From Anaerohalosphaeraceae bacterium (GTDB lineage: Bacteria; Planctomycetota; Phycisphaerae; Sedimentisphaerales; Anaerohalosphaeraceae): DNA of 64,000 nt. Made by a program: the position numbers and the translations under genes. The notes beneath the pieces are model-generated. The model saw nothing but the letters and a program-made list of their open reading frames with translations. It had not been told where the DNA came from and made no database searches. The stretch covers positions 1-64,000 of the forward strand of contig CAXXSL010000018.1 in the NCBI GenBank assembly GCA_963675525.2, given 5' to 3'. This document shows, one piece after another, positions 21,261-29,996 of the stretch. How positions within the stretch are numbered: the stretch's first letter is position 1; each line of letters begins with the position of its first letter.

Positions 21261-21448
21261 AATATCGATATGAAGTAAAAAACAAAAAAATTGTTGGTTT
21301 TAAAATATAAGACTTGTAAGATGGCCTCATAACAGCCTTGGGCGTAGCCCGTGGATCAAAGTTGCCCCTAACCCCCCCAAAATCCCCGCCGATTTTTCGC
21401 AACGGCCCCTTTCCACTATCGTTTATATCAACAGAAAGGAGTGCAAAA

Positions 21449-21952
21449 ATGGCACTTTTTATGATATTAGCGGCGTTAGGATTTATCGCAAGCCTGCTGG
21501 CCCATGTCAGCACCTTTGCAGGATTCAACCCGGGCGCGATCGGCGGCATCTGGGGACTGCATATCGGTATCTTTGTCGTGTTTCTCCCGGCTATTCTTTG
21601 CGGAAAGAAATTCGAAGCCCAAAACCCCACAAAAGACTTTTGGCAGGTTGCCCTTCAGCACAGCCCCGCCTGGCTGCGGGTCATGGTCGGCCTGTTCTTT
21701 GCGTATGCGTTTTTCAACTTCTTCTTCACGATATTTGTCCTGCTGGAAGGCGGCGGCCCCCACATCGTCGACGGACAGTATGTCCTCTCAAATCACGGCG
21801 AGATCATTCGTCAACTGACCCAGGCCGAATACATCAAGTGTCATGCCTATGAAATTCGACTCTTTTCCGGACACTGGATGTGCTTCTACCTCAGCTCGTT
21901 TGCCGTACTCTTATCGCATGTCAGAAAAAACTGTCTGGGATCGAAGTTATAA
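21449..21952 (+). CDS. Hypothetical 4-TM membrane protein
   Basis: AAGGAG SD, ATG 21449, hydrophobic segments, GGP..DGQYVLSNHG motif. Confidence 0.75.
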   Translation: MALFMILAALGFIASLLAHVSTFAGFNPGAIGGIWGLHIGIFVVFLPAILCGKKFEAQNPTKDFWQVALQHSPAWLRVMVGLFFAYAFFNFFFTIFVLLEGGGPHIVDGQYVLSNHGEIIRQLTQAEYIKCHAYEIRLFSGHWMCFYLSSFAVLLSHVRKNCLGSKL

Positions 21953-21973
21953 TGAACAATTCAAAATTAAGTC

Positions 21974-22011
21974 TGCTATTTATCTAACTTATGGTATAAT
22001 ACCCAAAATTG
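21974..22011 (+). repeat. 38-bp direct repeat copy 1 containing an extended -10 promoter (TGGTATAAT)
   Basis: 36/38 identical to 24083-24120. Confidence 0.85.
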
Positions 22012-22050
22012 AATAGTATCTTAAAACCGTCAACAGCCGAACGGATAACT

Positions 22051-22073
22051 CTAAAGGTTCCCGGAACCTTTAG
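22051..22073. repeat. Perfect palindrome CTAAAGGTTCC-C-GGAACCTTTAG; 20-bp core repeated at 23872-23891
   Basis: Direct reading of both sites. Confidence 0.9.
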
Positions 22074-22122
22074 TTTTCCTTACCATTTGCTGAATACATT
22101 CAATAATTGAAAAGGTTATATA

Positions 22123-22593
22123 ATGAAAAATATCGTGCTTGTGAATCGCATAGTAATATTTCTAATAGTCGTATTTTTGATTGTAGTAGGAATTCAATTA
22201 ACAAAAAAATCGTCTGCACAAAAATTGTCAGAGGCGATGGAACGTTTTCAGCACAATACGAAAATTAGATTTCCTGCAGATGTACAGGTACTGGAGGGTG
22301 AAGACTTAACCGGTAGAGATATTTCTGTCAAACTACTTCTTTTTATCCCAAAAGGCACTTTTATGAAATTTCTAGAGTGTCTGGGAGCAAAAAAGACAGA
22401 TTTAAAAGAAGTCAAAACCGAAAGGGCATTATTTTTGATTTCCTCAGATAATTCAATGAATTTCAAGACTAAATTAAATGCCATTGAACATTGGGAAAAT
22501 ATTGAAATTCATAAATATGGTGGTACTCTCAGTGTTTTTCTGGCATTTCAGGAAAACGGAGATAGTTTTGCTTTTATCCGATTTATTACCTGA
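22123..22593 (+). CDS. AT-rich hypothetical protein with N-terminal TM (possible orphan immunity protein)
   Basis: 156-aa ORF, AAAGG SD, visibly AT-rich, adjacent to an Rhs remnant. Confidence 0.65.
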   Translation: MKNIVLVNRIVIFLIVVFLIVVGIQLTKKSSAQKLSEAMERFQHNTKIRFPADVQVLEGEDLTGRDISVKLLLFIPKGTFMKFLECLGAKKTDLKEVKTERALFLISSDNSMNFKTKLNAIEHWENIEIHKYGGTLSVFLAFQENGDSFAFIRFIT

Positions 22594-22778
22594 TTGTCTT
22601 GTGCGAAAACTCCTCGCCAGAGATCGCAATTCGGTTCATTTTAATTACGAATTGGAAGATGGCCTTATAGATGCCACGATGGATTGTCAACGGGCAGCGC
22701 GTGAACACCCAAATAATCCGGGAGAACAGCCAGAAGGTGAACTTCCGGATGGCCCTTTGTTTTGAAAAGAGATAAATA

Positions 22779-23417
22779 ATGTTGAAAAAAAATAAGTTGT
22801 TGCTGTTTGGTTTTTTGTTACTGGGTTTTTTAATATATGCTGGATTTTTTATAGCTCAACGATACAAGGAAAGAGAACGGCTGAATAATTCCATATTCGA
22901 ATTAAAATTTGAGTTGCACCGCATACAGCAAACTGAACATCCTTGGAGGATGTATCTGGAAAAAAGGCATATTACGACATTAAGTTCTTTGAAGGGAAAA
23001 TCGCGACTTGATAAACTTTATGTTACAGATATTCTTGCGACACCTTTTGAGAGCGATGATTCTGTAATAAAAATCCGATTTAATATTAGATGGTTAGAGG
23101 ACGGTTTTAAATCATGTGGAGCCAAACTCTCCCTCGTTCTCAATGGCTCTAAAGAAATAATTGATATTCCGTTCCCTGAAAATATATGGGATGCTTCGAC
23201 AAGAAAATGGTATGCTGACACCTGTAAACGGGAATTTACATTTGCGATTGTTCAAAACGAAAACCAAGTTAAGAATTTGCCGAAGCAGGTCGAAGCAATA
23301 GTAGTACATCCAGTCAGTGTGATGCCTGAAAATGGAACGATAAGTGTTTATGATTCCCGTGGACAGGTATCACGACCAGTGGAAATCTTCTTCTTCGAAA
23401 AAAATACGGAAAAATAG
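22779..23417 (+). CDS. AT-rich hypothetical protein with N-terminal TM (possible orphan immunity protein)
   Basis: 212-aa ORF, AT-rich, preceded by a short GC-richer open fragment ending at 22765. Confidence 0.65.
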   Translation: MLKKNKLLLFGFLLLGFLIYAGFFIAQRYKERERLNNSIFELKFELHRIQQTEHPWRMYLEKRHITTLSSLKGKSRLDKLYVTDILATPFESDDSVIKIRFNIRWLEDGFKSCGAKLSLVLNGSKEIIDIPFPENIWDASTRKWYADTCKREFTFAIVQNENQVKNLPKQVEAIVVHPVSVMPENGTISVYDSRGQVSRPVEIFFFEKNTEK

Positions 23418-23541
23418 GTGTAGTTGTCAAGGGAGCGTCGGACAGTCGAAAAGCCGCCGGGTGCCCGAAAAATAGGGACAGTCACCTATTTTCAGAGTTG
23501 AGGAAGTTAAAAACGGCGTTTTTCCGTTCTTTGATAAGTGA

Positions 23542-23874
23542 ACATTTGATTACGATGACCAGCGGGTGCTGCTGGAAACCGATTACAACGCCGGTACGCA
23601 GGTCGAAACGGATAAACGGTACTTCGTCTATGGCAACTACATCGACGAGGTGCTCGTGATATTCAAGGTTTTTTCGCCGATAGTGACGTTTCGATATTAT
23701 TACGCTCACGACCATCTGTACAGTCCAGTGGCCATGTTTACTTTGGGGGGAACCGTTTATGAACGCTATGAATACGACGCCTACGGCGACGTGACAATAT
23801 GGGATCGCACGTTCAGCAGCACACGCACAGCATCCATCTGTCAGAATCCGTATTTCTTCACCAGGGTTAATTAA
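23542..23874 (+). pseudogene. Rhs/YD repeat-associated core fragment
   Basis: YDDQRV...RYFVYGNYIDEVL...YYYAHDHLYSPVA...VYERYEYDAYG...NPYFFT, broken just at the usual NPY.FTGR motif by the palindrome at 23872. Confidence 0.88.
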
Positions 23875-24082
23875 AGGTTCCCGGAACCTTTTTCTATAAT
23901 TTTCATTGCATTCACCTCAATTTCCGTTGAAATTCTGCCATGGGAAAGCCAAGGGGAGTAGACAAAGTTGTCAGGAATCATTTTCTGTCGCTCTTTGACA
24001 CCGTCATAAAAAATAAAGTTTTCCGGCAAGGTGTGGTATTCGGAAAAGAAGTAAATTGTTTTGAAAAGTGACGAAAATAGTT

Positions 24083-24120
24083 TGCTATTTATCTAATTTA
24101 TGGTATAATACACAAAATTG
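24083..24120 (+). promoter_or_regulatory. 38-bp direct repeat copy 2; TTGCTA-N16-TATAAT promoter with extended -10
   Basis: ttgcta tttatctaatttatgg tataat; no ORF immediately downstream. Confidence 0.65.
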
Positions 24121-24207
24121 GATATTCACAATTAAATAGAGTGCGAGACCTGCTATCTCGCCCGGCCAATAAAAGCGAGAGGACGTAAGTCCTCTGATTA
24201 CCCGCTC

Positions 24208-24796
24208 TGTCATCCTGAGCCAAGTCGAAGGATCTATTTCAACAGCCATCCGGAAGACATCCAAATCTCTGAGGACTAAGGACTAAAGTCTAAAGACTGT
24301 TTTTACAAAACGAACCCAATTTTCAAACAAGCCAAATCCCCTTAACGCCTTATATACTCCGAACTAAGAACTCCGAACTCCGAACGGCGCAGCCAAAAAC
24401 AAACCCAATTCGAACCCAATCATGTCATCCTGAGCGAAGTCGAAGGACCTGTTTCTTAGCCTCTTTTCACTTCAAAAACTACAATTCTTGTAAATCCTGT
24501 AATCCTGTCAAAAGAAAATCCTGTATATCACGTCAAAAATCCCGAACCCAATTTCGCCCCCAAGTACCCCCTACTCGCGCAAGCTGTTTTCAGCCCAAAA
24601 TCGCGAATTTCGCTTTGGAAAAATAAAAAATCCCCCTTTTTGACCCCGCCAACCCCCAAAAAAACGAACCCAATTTAAGCCCCAAGTAGCACCACGACAG
24701 GAATGCCCTATACCGCACTCAAACCCCCCAACGGACGCAACACCCCCGTTTTCAATAGCGCCACGCGAACCCAATCAAACCCAATACGAACCCAAT
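24208..24796 (+). repeat. Composite non-coding repeat region: 8 x C(G/A)AACCCAAT, two GTCATCCTGAGC..GTCGAAGGA palindromes, heptamer runs
   Basis: CGAACCCAAT at 24311, 24411, 24543, 24665, 24766, 24787; CAAACCCAAT at 24400, 24776. Confidence 0.8.
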
Positions 24797-24909
24797 CGTC
24801 TCCAACGTCACGAGCACAAACAAAATCTTGAGATTCCAGAGAGCATTGGTATGATATAAGTCGATGGATCGGCACCGACACTTTGGCGTTTTTATTGAGG
24901 GATAGAACC

Positions 24910-26157
24910 ATGAAAACATTTGTCTTACTTTTCACCGTATTTTTCTTATTCATCAACGGCTGGGTATACATCACTCCGCCGGACCTGACCGCCGACGCCG
25001 TTGCGGCCCCGACCGGCAAGATCGACAAATCCGCCGTGGCGGCTGATGCGGCAAAGGGTCGTCAACTGGTCGATGAGTACGGCATCACCGAGGCCCTCGG
25101 CCCGCTGGCGCCGGTAGCGATGTCGCCGTTCTTCGGCCTGACCTGCCTGTCCGGCACATCGATCCTGTGCGACTGGGGTTGGCTGCCGGAAAACGATTTC
25201 CTGCAGGGCAACGAAGTACTCAACAACTGGCTGGTGTTTCTGCTGTTCGGCGCGCTGACGATAGCGACCTCGGTGCCCCGGTTGGTCAGCGTGTCCAAGG
25301 TCTTCGCCGAAGCGATGGACCGCGTGGAAACCTACGCAGGCATTATCTCCTACGGCGTGATCCTCATGGCCGCCGCCCAGAACCAGCCCGGCGATGAACA
25401 GGCGTTCGTTTACACGGCGGGGTTTATTTCCATCACCCAGAGCGGCCTGCTGACCATCGCCGCGGCCATCAACATTTTCGTCATCAGCAGTGTGCGGCTG
25501 TTTTTTGAACTGCTCGTGCTCATCTCGCCGATCCCCACGCTGGACGCGATTTTCGAATGCACCAATAAAGGCATCGCCGGCATCATCGCCTGCATCTACG
25601 CCTTCAACCCATGGCTGGCATTCGTGCTGAATATTATTATCTTCCTGATCTGCCTGGTCATCTTCAAATGGGTCAACCGCCGGCTCAAATATCTCAAGGC
25701 CACCCTGCTGGAACCGATCCTGCTGGGCATCATCCGAAAACTGCTCGGCCGCGAGACGTATGATCCCGACTGGAAAGCCAAGCGCCGATACGGGCGGCAC
25801 GTTCCCGGCCTGGAATTGGTGGTCAAGTGTTTCCCGATGCGAAAGCTGGGCAAGATCAAAACCAAGGACCGGTGCTATCTGGCCTTCGGCTCAGACGGTG
25901 TAGCACTCATCAAGCCGTACCTGCTCAGGGCACCACTGGTGAAACGATTGGACCCCGCTGACCTGTCGCGCGATGTGCAGGAAGGATTGACGGCTTATTC
26001 GGTGGTGCTGGCCGAAAATCCCGACAAGCCCTGCGAACTGGTCTTCGGCCGTGTCTATACCGAAAAGCTCGACACCATCAAAGCAAAACTGAACCGCCCC
26101 GCACAGCCCGAAACAAAAACGGAAGCGGAAACAGAATCGGATGCGCCGGAAGAATAA
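24910..26157 (+). CDS. Hypothetical polytopic membrane protein
   Basis: GAGG SD, signal-like N-terminus, several TM helices, typical codon usage; upstream TTGAGA-N16-TATGAT. Confidence 0.8.
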   Translation: MKTFVLLFTVFFLFINGWVYITPPDLTADAVAAPTGKIDKSAVAADAAKGRQLVDEYGITEALGPLAPVAMSPFFGLTCLSGTSILCDWGWLPENDFLQGNEVLNNWLVFLLFGALTIATSVPRLVSVSKVFAEAMDRVETYAGIISYGVILMAAAQNQPGDEQAFVYTAGFISITQSGLLTIAAAINIFVISSVRLFFELLVLISPIPTLDAIFECTNKGIAGIIACIYAFNPWLAFVLNIIIFLICLVIFKWVNRRLKYLKATLLEPILLGIIRKLLGRETYDPDWKAKRRYGRHVPGLELVVKCFPMRKLGKIKTKDRCYLAFGSDGVALIKPYLLRAPLVKRLDPADLSRDVQEGLTAYSVVLAENPDKPCELVFGRVYTEKLDTIKAKLNRPAQPETKTEAETESDAPEE

Positions 26158-26225
26158 GCCGCACAAGACAAGTATCATAGCGATCAATTGAGAAAGGAAA
26201 AGGCTTTTTTTGCGATACTGAGACA

Positions 26226-26594
26226 TCAAGCGGCTTTGTAGGCAAGGTATAGTGCTGTCAAAACCGCAGTGATCTGTAGGGTGACAATCAGGAAAAATAC
26301 AACTCGAAAGCTCGTCTTTTTTGTTTTATGACGGAAGATGATTTGAGCGACCCCCGCCGCAGGACTGCCCCCGATTAAAGCCAGAAAGTAAAGGACGATT
26401 TCCGGCACACGCATACCGGATTTGATCGCCTGCCGTTTATCGAAACCGTAGAGAACCAACGTCACGACATTTAAAGCAATCAGGTAAGCATGAATGACAT
26501 TTGCCTTCTGCGTGAAAAAGACCAGTCCCATCACACCGCAAATCAACACGGCGGCTAAAATCAGAAAAAACTGATGCGGATTATGTTTAGACAT
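26226..26594 (-). CDS. DUF1294 family membrane protein
   Basis: YGFDKRQA...RVPE..L..LALIGGSP......FRHKTKK.SF. Confidence 0.9.
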   Translation of the reverse strand: MSKHNPHQFFLILAAVLICGVMGLVFFTQKANVIHAYLIALNVVTLVLYGFDKRQAIKSGMRVPEIVLYFLALIGGSPAAGVAQIIFRHKTKKTSFRVVFFLIVTLQITAVLTALYLAYKAA

Positions 26595-26641
26595 CTTTTC
26601 CCTTGCGGCTCATGAATATTCCAGCGAAGAATCTGTTGTTT

Positions 26642-26698
26642 TCTAAGGACTAAGGACCCAAGTCTAACAGACTGTCTTTTATGACAAACAAATCCAAT
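26642..26698 (+). repeat. Truncated second copy of the GGACTAA-heptamer / AACCCAAT element
   Basis: tctaaggactaaggacccaagtctaacagactgtcttttatgacaaacaaatccaat resembles 24268-24320. Confidence 0.65.
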
Positions 26699-26711
26699 CA
26701 AGGCCAAAGAT

Positions 26712-28007
26712 TTACAACGCTTTCGATAAAATCGCACTGACGGCATCTACCGTTTTCTGCGTGGCCCCTTGATTTTGACGAATGACCTTGCGGCCGCCGG
26801 CAGCAATCCGCCGGGCAAAGTCGGGGTCTTTCAGGCACAGCAACATCTTTTCGTACAGTGCGTTTTCATCGGCCGCTTCGATCGCCCCTTCGCCGGCAAG
26901 GAGCACCTCGACGGTCTGTTTGAAGTTGAACGTATGCGGCCCGAACAGCGTGCACTTGCCCATCGCCGTCGGCTCCATCATATCCGAGCCGCCCATCGGC
27001 ACCAGGCTGCGTCCGACAAACACCGCCGTCGCCAGCGAATAGAATTTTTTCAGATCGCCCATCGTGTCGCCGAGGATCACCGTCGGTTTGCCGCCGGTGA
27101 CACTGTCGGTTTCCTTGAGCGCGCTGTAGCGAACATAACCGAAGCCGGCGGCATCGATAAGATTGGCAACTTCGTCAAACCGCTCGGGCTTTCGCGGAAC
27201 GATCGCCAGCCGGAGATCATCAAGGCCTCCTTCTTTTTTGAGCCTTGAGAACACATCCAGCACCATCTTTTCCTCGCCGGGCCCGGTGCCGCCGGCCACC
27301 CACAACCGCTCGACACCCAGATGGATCTGTTCGGCCAACCGGTCCGCTCCGCCAACCGCCCCATCGGTCTGTGCGGTGTCGTATTTCAGCGAATTGGTCA
27401 CGATGACCTGCTCCTTCTTACAGCCCAACGCGATAAAACGGTCGGCATATTCCTGCGTTTGAGCCAGTATCAGTGCCACCTTACGGAACATTTTGCTGAT
27501 AAGGAATCTGACTTTTTGATATTTGGGAAAACTTTTGTCGCTGAGCCGCCCGTTGACAACCACCACCGGCACATTTTGCTCTGCGGCGATCGTCGTCAGA
27601 TTCGGCCAGACCTCCAGCTCCATCAGCAAGATGATTGCGGGCTTCAGTCGCCGGAATGCTCGCGCCATGATCGGCGACAGGTCGAAGGGAAAATAAAAGA
27701 CCGCATAGTCAGATTCGTACAACACTTTGGCTCGGGCCAGCCCGGTATCGGTCGTGGCGGAAATCACAATTTCATAATCACCCAATTGCTCGCCGAAACG
27801 GTCGACCAGGGTGCGGGTAGCATTGACCTCGCCGACGCTGACCGCATGGATCCAGATGCAGGGTTTTTCAGGATTTCGGCGTGCGATTTTTCCCAGCCGC
27901 TGGCTCCAGCCGGCGCGATACCGGTCATGCCGCAGCATCCGGTAGATGATCTTCGGGCTGTACAGAACAATCGCCACGCCGTATAGTAAATTCAGCAAAT
28001 ATCGCAT
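26712..28007 (-). CDS. waaA: 3-deoxy-D-manno-octulosonic acid (Kdo) transferase
   Basis: IWIHAVSVGE, PFD, ELEVWPN, VNGRLS..S, SLKYD, VPRKPERF, GDTMGDL, FGPH.FNF. Confidence 0.95.
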   Translation of the reverse strand: MRYLLNLLYGVAIVLYSPKIIYRMLRHDRYRAGWSQRLGKIARRNPEKPCIWIHAVSVGEVNATRTLVDRFGEQLGDYEIVISATTDTGLARAKVLYESDYAVFYFPFDLSPIMARAFRRLKPAIILLMELEVWPNLTTIAAEQNVPVVVVNGRLSDKSFPKYQKVRFLISKMFRKVALILAQTQEYADRFIALGCKKEQVIVTNSLKYDTAQTDGAVGGADRLAEQIHLGVERLWVAGGTGPGEEKMVLDVFSRLKKEGGLDDLRLAIVPRKPERFDEVANLIDAAGFGYVRYSALKETDSVTGGKPTVILGDTMGDLKKFYSLATAVFVGRSLVPMGGSDMMEPTAMGKCTLFGPHTFNFKQTVEVLLAGEGAIEAADENALYEKMLLCLKDPDFARRIAAGGRKVIRQNQGATQKTVDAVSAILSKAL

Positions 28008-28038
28008 AAGTCGCCTGTTTTCCTTGTATTAAGCGGTC

Positions 28039-28067
28039 ATCATAGTCCATAACCTCCCCGCTGTCAA
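28039..28067 (-). promoter_or_regulatory. Sigma70 promoter for waaA
   Basis: TTGACA-N17-TATGAT on the minus strand. Confidence 0.7.
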
Positions 28068-28098
28068 ACAGTTAGCTTGTGACCGCGCCGGTTTTCTG

Positions 28099-28127
28099 TT
28101 GACGAGCCGGCACCGGTGCGGTATAAG
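28099..28127 (+). promoter_or_regulatory. Sigma70 promoter for tRNA-Arg
   Basis: TTGACG-N17-TATAAG. Confidence 0.7.
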
Positions 28128-28181
28128 GACACATCAGCGATGAAAATCGTTCATTGTCCATCATCGATTGACAGTGTTAAA

Positions 28182-28255
28182 GTCCTCGTGGCGCAATTGG
28201 ATAGCGCGTTGGCCTCCGAAGCCAAAGGTTGCAGGTTCGAATCCCGCCGGGGACG
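28182..28255 (+). tRNA. tRNA-Arg(CCG)
   Basis: Cloverleaf: acceptor gtcctcg/cggggac, D arm gcgc/gcgc, anticodon arm ttggc-ctCCGaa-gccaa, GGTTCGAATCC T loop; CCA not encoded. Confidence 0.96.
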
Positions 28256-28555
28256 GTTGGCAAGCTTTTAATAAATGGCATTTTGCAGCATTTCTTATGG
28301 CTTTTATTTTAAAGTCGCTTTTTATCTTAATGTATCACCTATCGCGGGGCATCCACAATAAGGACTCTTTATTATTTGATTTGATTATCCGGATTAATTT
28401 GTTATAAAATACTTATAATGCGTGCGGTAGATTTACCGATGGCCAACAGGTTACTGAAGATGCAAGGTTGGCACACACTAAGCGTTTTAAGTGCTATAAC
28501 CAACGAGATAATTAATAAGTTTAGTCGACAGCGGCATTTGCGAAAGGATCTTACG

Positions 28556-29962
28556 ATGATGGCATGGGGTAAATATCATAATTTCAGAAAATTACACACG
28601 GCCTTAATGGCGATCATTTCTACAGTGATGTTAGCCAATCTTTCTTATGCTTCCGTTGCCGGGAAGTCGTCACAATGGGTTTCACTTTTTGACGGCCAAA
28701 CCCTCTCCGGCTGGGTCCGGCTTGGGGGAGCAGCTGATTATAAAGTAGAAGACGGCGCAATCGTGGGAACAACGGTACCTGACACGCCGAATAGTTTTCT
28801 CTGCACAAAGCAGTTTTATTCTGATTTCATTCTCGAGCTGGAATTCAAAGTTGACGATGCTCTTAACTCCGGCGTTCAGATTCGCAGTAACAGTTTTCCC
28901 GAGTATGATAATGGGCGTGTTCATGGTTATCAGGTTGAGATCGATCCGTCGGACCGCTCCTATACCGGCGGCATTTATGATGAGGCCCGCCGGGGCTGGC
29001 TGTATCCGCTTGACGGAAACGAGGCCGCCCGAAAGGCCTTTAAGGCAGGACAATGGAATACGTTCCGAATCGAGGCGATCGGCGATACGCTGAAAACATG
29101 GATCAATGATGTTCCTGCAGCTCATCTTTATGATACCCGCACTCGTGACGGTTTTATTGCCTTACAGGTTCACAGTATCGGAAACAACAAGTCTAAAGAA
29201 GGCATCCGGGTTTGCTGGCGGAATATCCGGATTATTAGCGAGACCCCAGCCAGCTATGCCAAACCTATGCCGCTGGCGGTTCAAAGCATGGACAACAAGC
29301 TTGGTAATGTTGAACAGAGTCAGGGCTTCAAGTTCCTGTTTGACGGCAAGACCTCCACTGGCTGGCGCGGGGCCAAACTGGACGGCTTCCCGGTGCAGGG
29401 TTGGATTGTCAAAGATGGTGTCCTGACGGTCCTCGAATCCGGCGGCGGTGAATCGGCTGCCGGCGGTGATATTGTCACCGTCGATAAATACAGTGATTTT
29501 GAGCTGCATCTGGATTTCAAGCTGACGCCGGGCGCCAACAGCGGCATCAAGTATTTTGTGGATCCGGAACTGAACAAAGGCGAGGGTTCCTCCATCGGGC
29601 TGGAGTTCCAGCTTTTAGATGATGCCCGTCACCCGGATGCCAGGCTCGGCAATCATGAGGGAAGCCGGGCTTTGGGATGTCTTTATGACTTGATCGAAGC
29701 TGACAACTGTGTCAAAGAACCCCACCCGATCGGACAGTGGAATCACGCGGTTGTTATTTCAAAGGGCAACCACGTTGAGCATTGGCTCAACGGCCGCAAG
29801 ATTCTGGAATATGAACGCAAAACTTCGGCATTCCGTCAGCTTATTCAGGAGAGTAAGTATAAGACATGGCCGGGTTTTGGTGAATGGGAAAAGGGGCACA
29901 TTTTGCTTCAGGACCATGGCAACAGAGTTTCGTTTAAGAATATCAAGATCAGAGAACTGTAA
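28556..29962 (+). CDS. Secreted tandem DUF1080 (3-keto-disaccharide hydrolase/lyase family) protein
   Basis: Two copies of LFDG..L.GW / NSG / QWN / LQ.H / FRNI motifs; AAGGA SD at ATG 28556. Confidence 0.9.
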   Translation: MMAWGKYHNFRKLHTALMAIISTVMLANLSYASVAGKSSQWVSLFDGQTLSGWVRLGGAADYKVEDGAIVGTTVPDTPNSFLCTKQFYSDFILELEFKVDDALNSGVQIRSNSFPEYDNGRVHGYQVEIDPSDRSYTGGIYDEARRGWLYPLDGNEAARKAFKAGQWNTFRIEAIGDTLKTWINDVPAAHLYDTRTRDGFIALQVHSIGNNKSKEGIRVCWRNIRIISETPASYAKPMPLAVQSMDNKLGNVEQSQGFKFLFDGKTSTGWRGAKLDGFPVQGWIVKDGVLTVLESGGGESAAGGDIVTVDKYSDFELHLDFKLTPGANSGIKYFVDPELNKGEGSSIGLEFQLLDDARHPDARLGNHEGSRALGCLYDLIEADNCVKEPHPIGQWNHAVVISKGNHVEHWLNGRKILEYERKTSAFRQLIQESKYKTWPGFGEWEKGHILLQDHGNRVSFKNIKIREL

Positions 29963-29996
29963 TGGAATTATTTTGTACCGATAAAGGGAGTTGATA

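Larger units (their letters stand above)
19934..21335 (+). mobile_element. Complete IS110-family element, IS1111-type (about 1.4 kb)
   Basis: AG core on both sides (19932-33, 21334-35); sub-terminal IRs TATGTAGGCCATC (19938-19950) / GATGGCCTCATA (21320-21331); short left end, long right non-coding end; removal restores a REP-like repeat. Confidence 0.88.

Noticed and set aside
20854..21630. 258-aa minus-strand ORF across the IS right end
   Set aside because: It spans the transposase, the IS boundary and the next gene in antisense, with no recognisable motifs.
24300..24800. CRISPR array
   Set aside because: Repeats are only 10 bp with irregular spacing, and there are no cas genes.
28168..28407. 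79-aa ORF
   Set aside because: It overlaps the tRNA-Arg gene.
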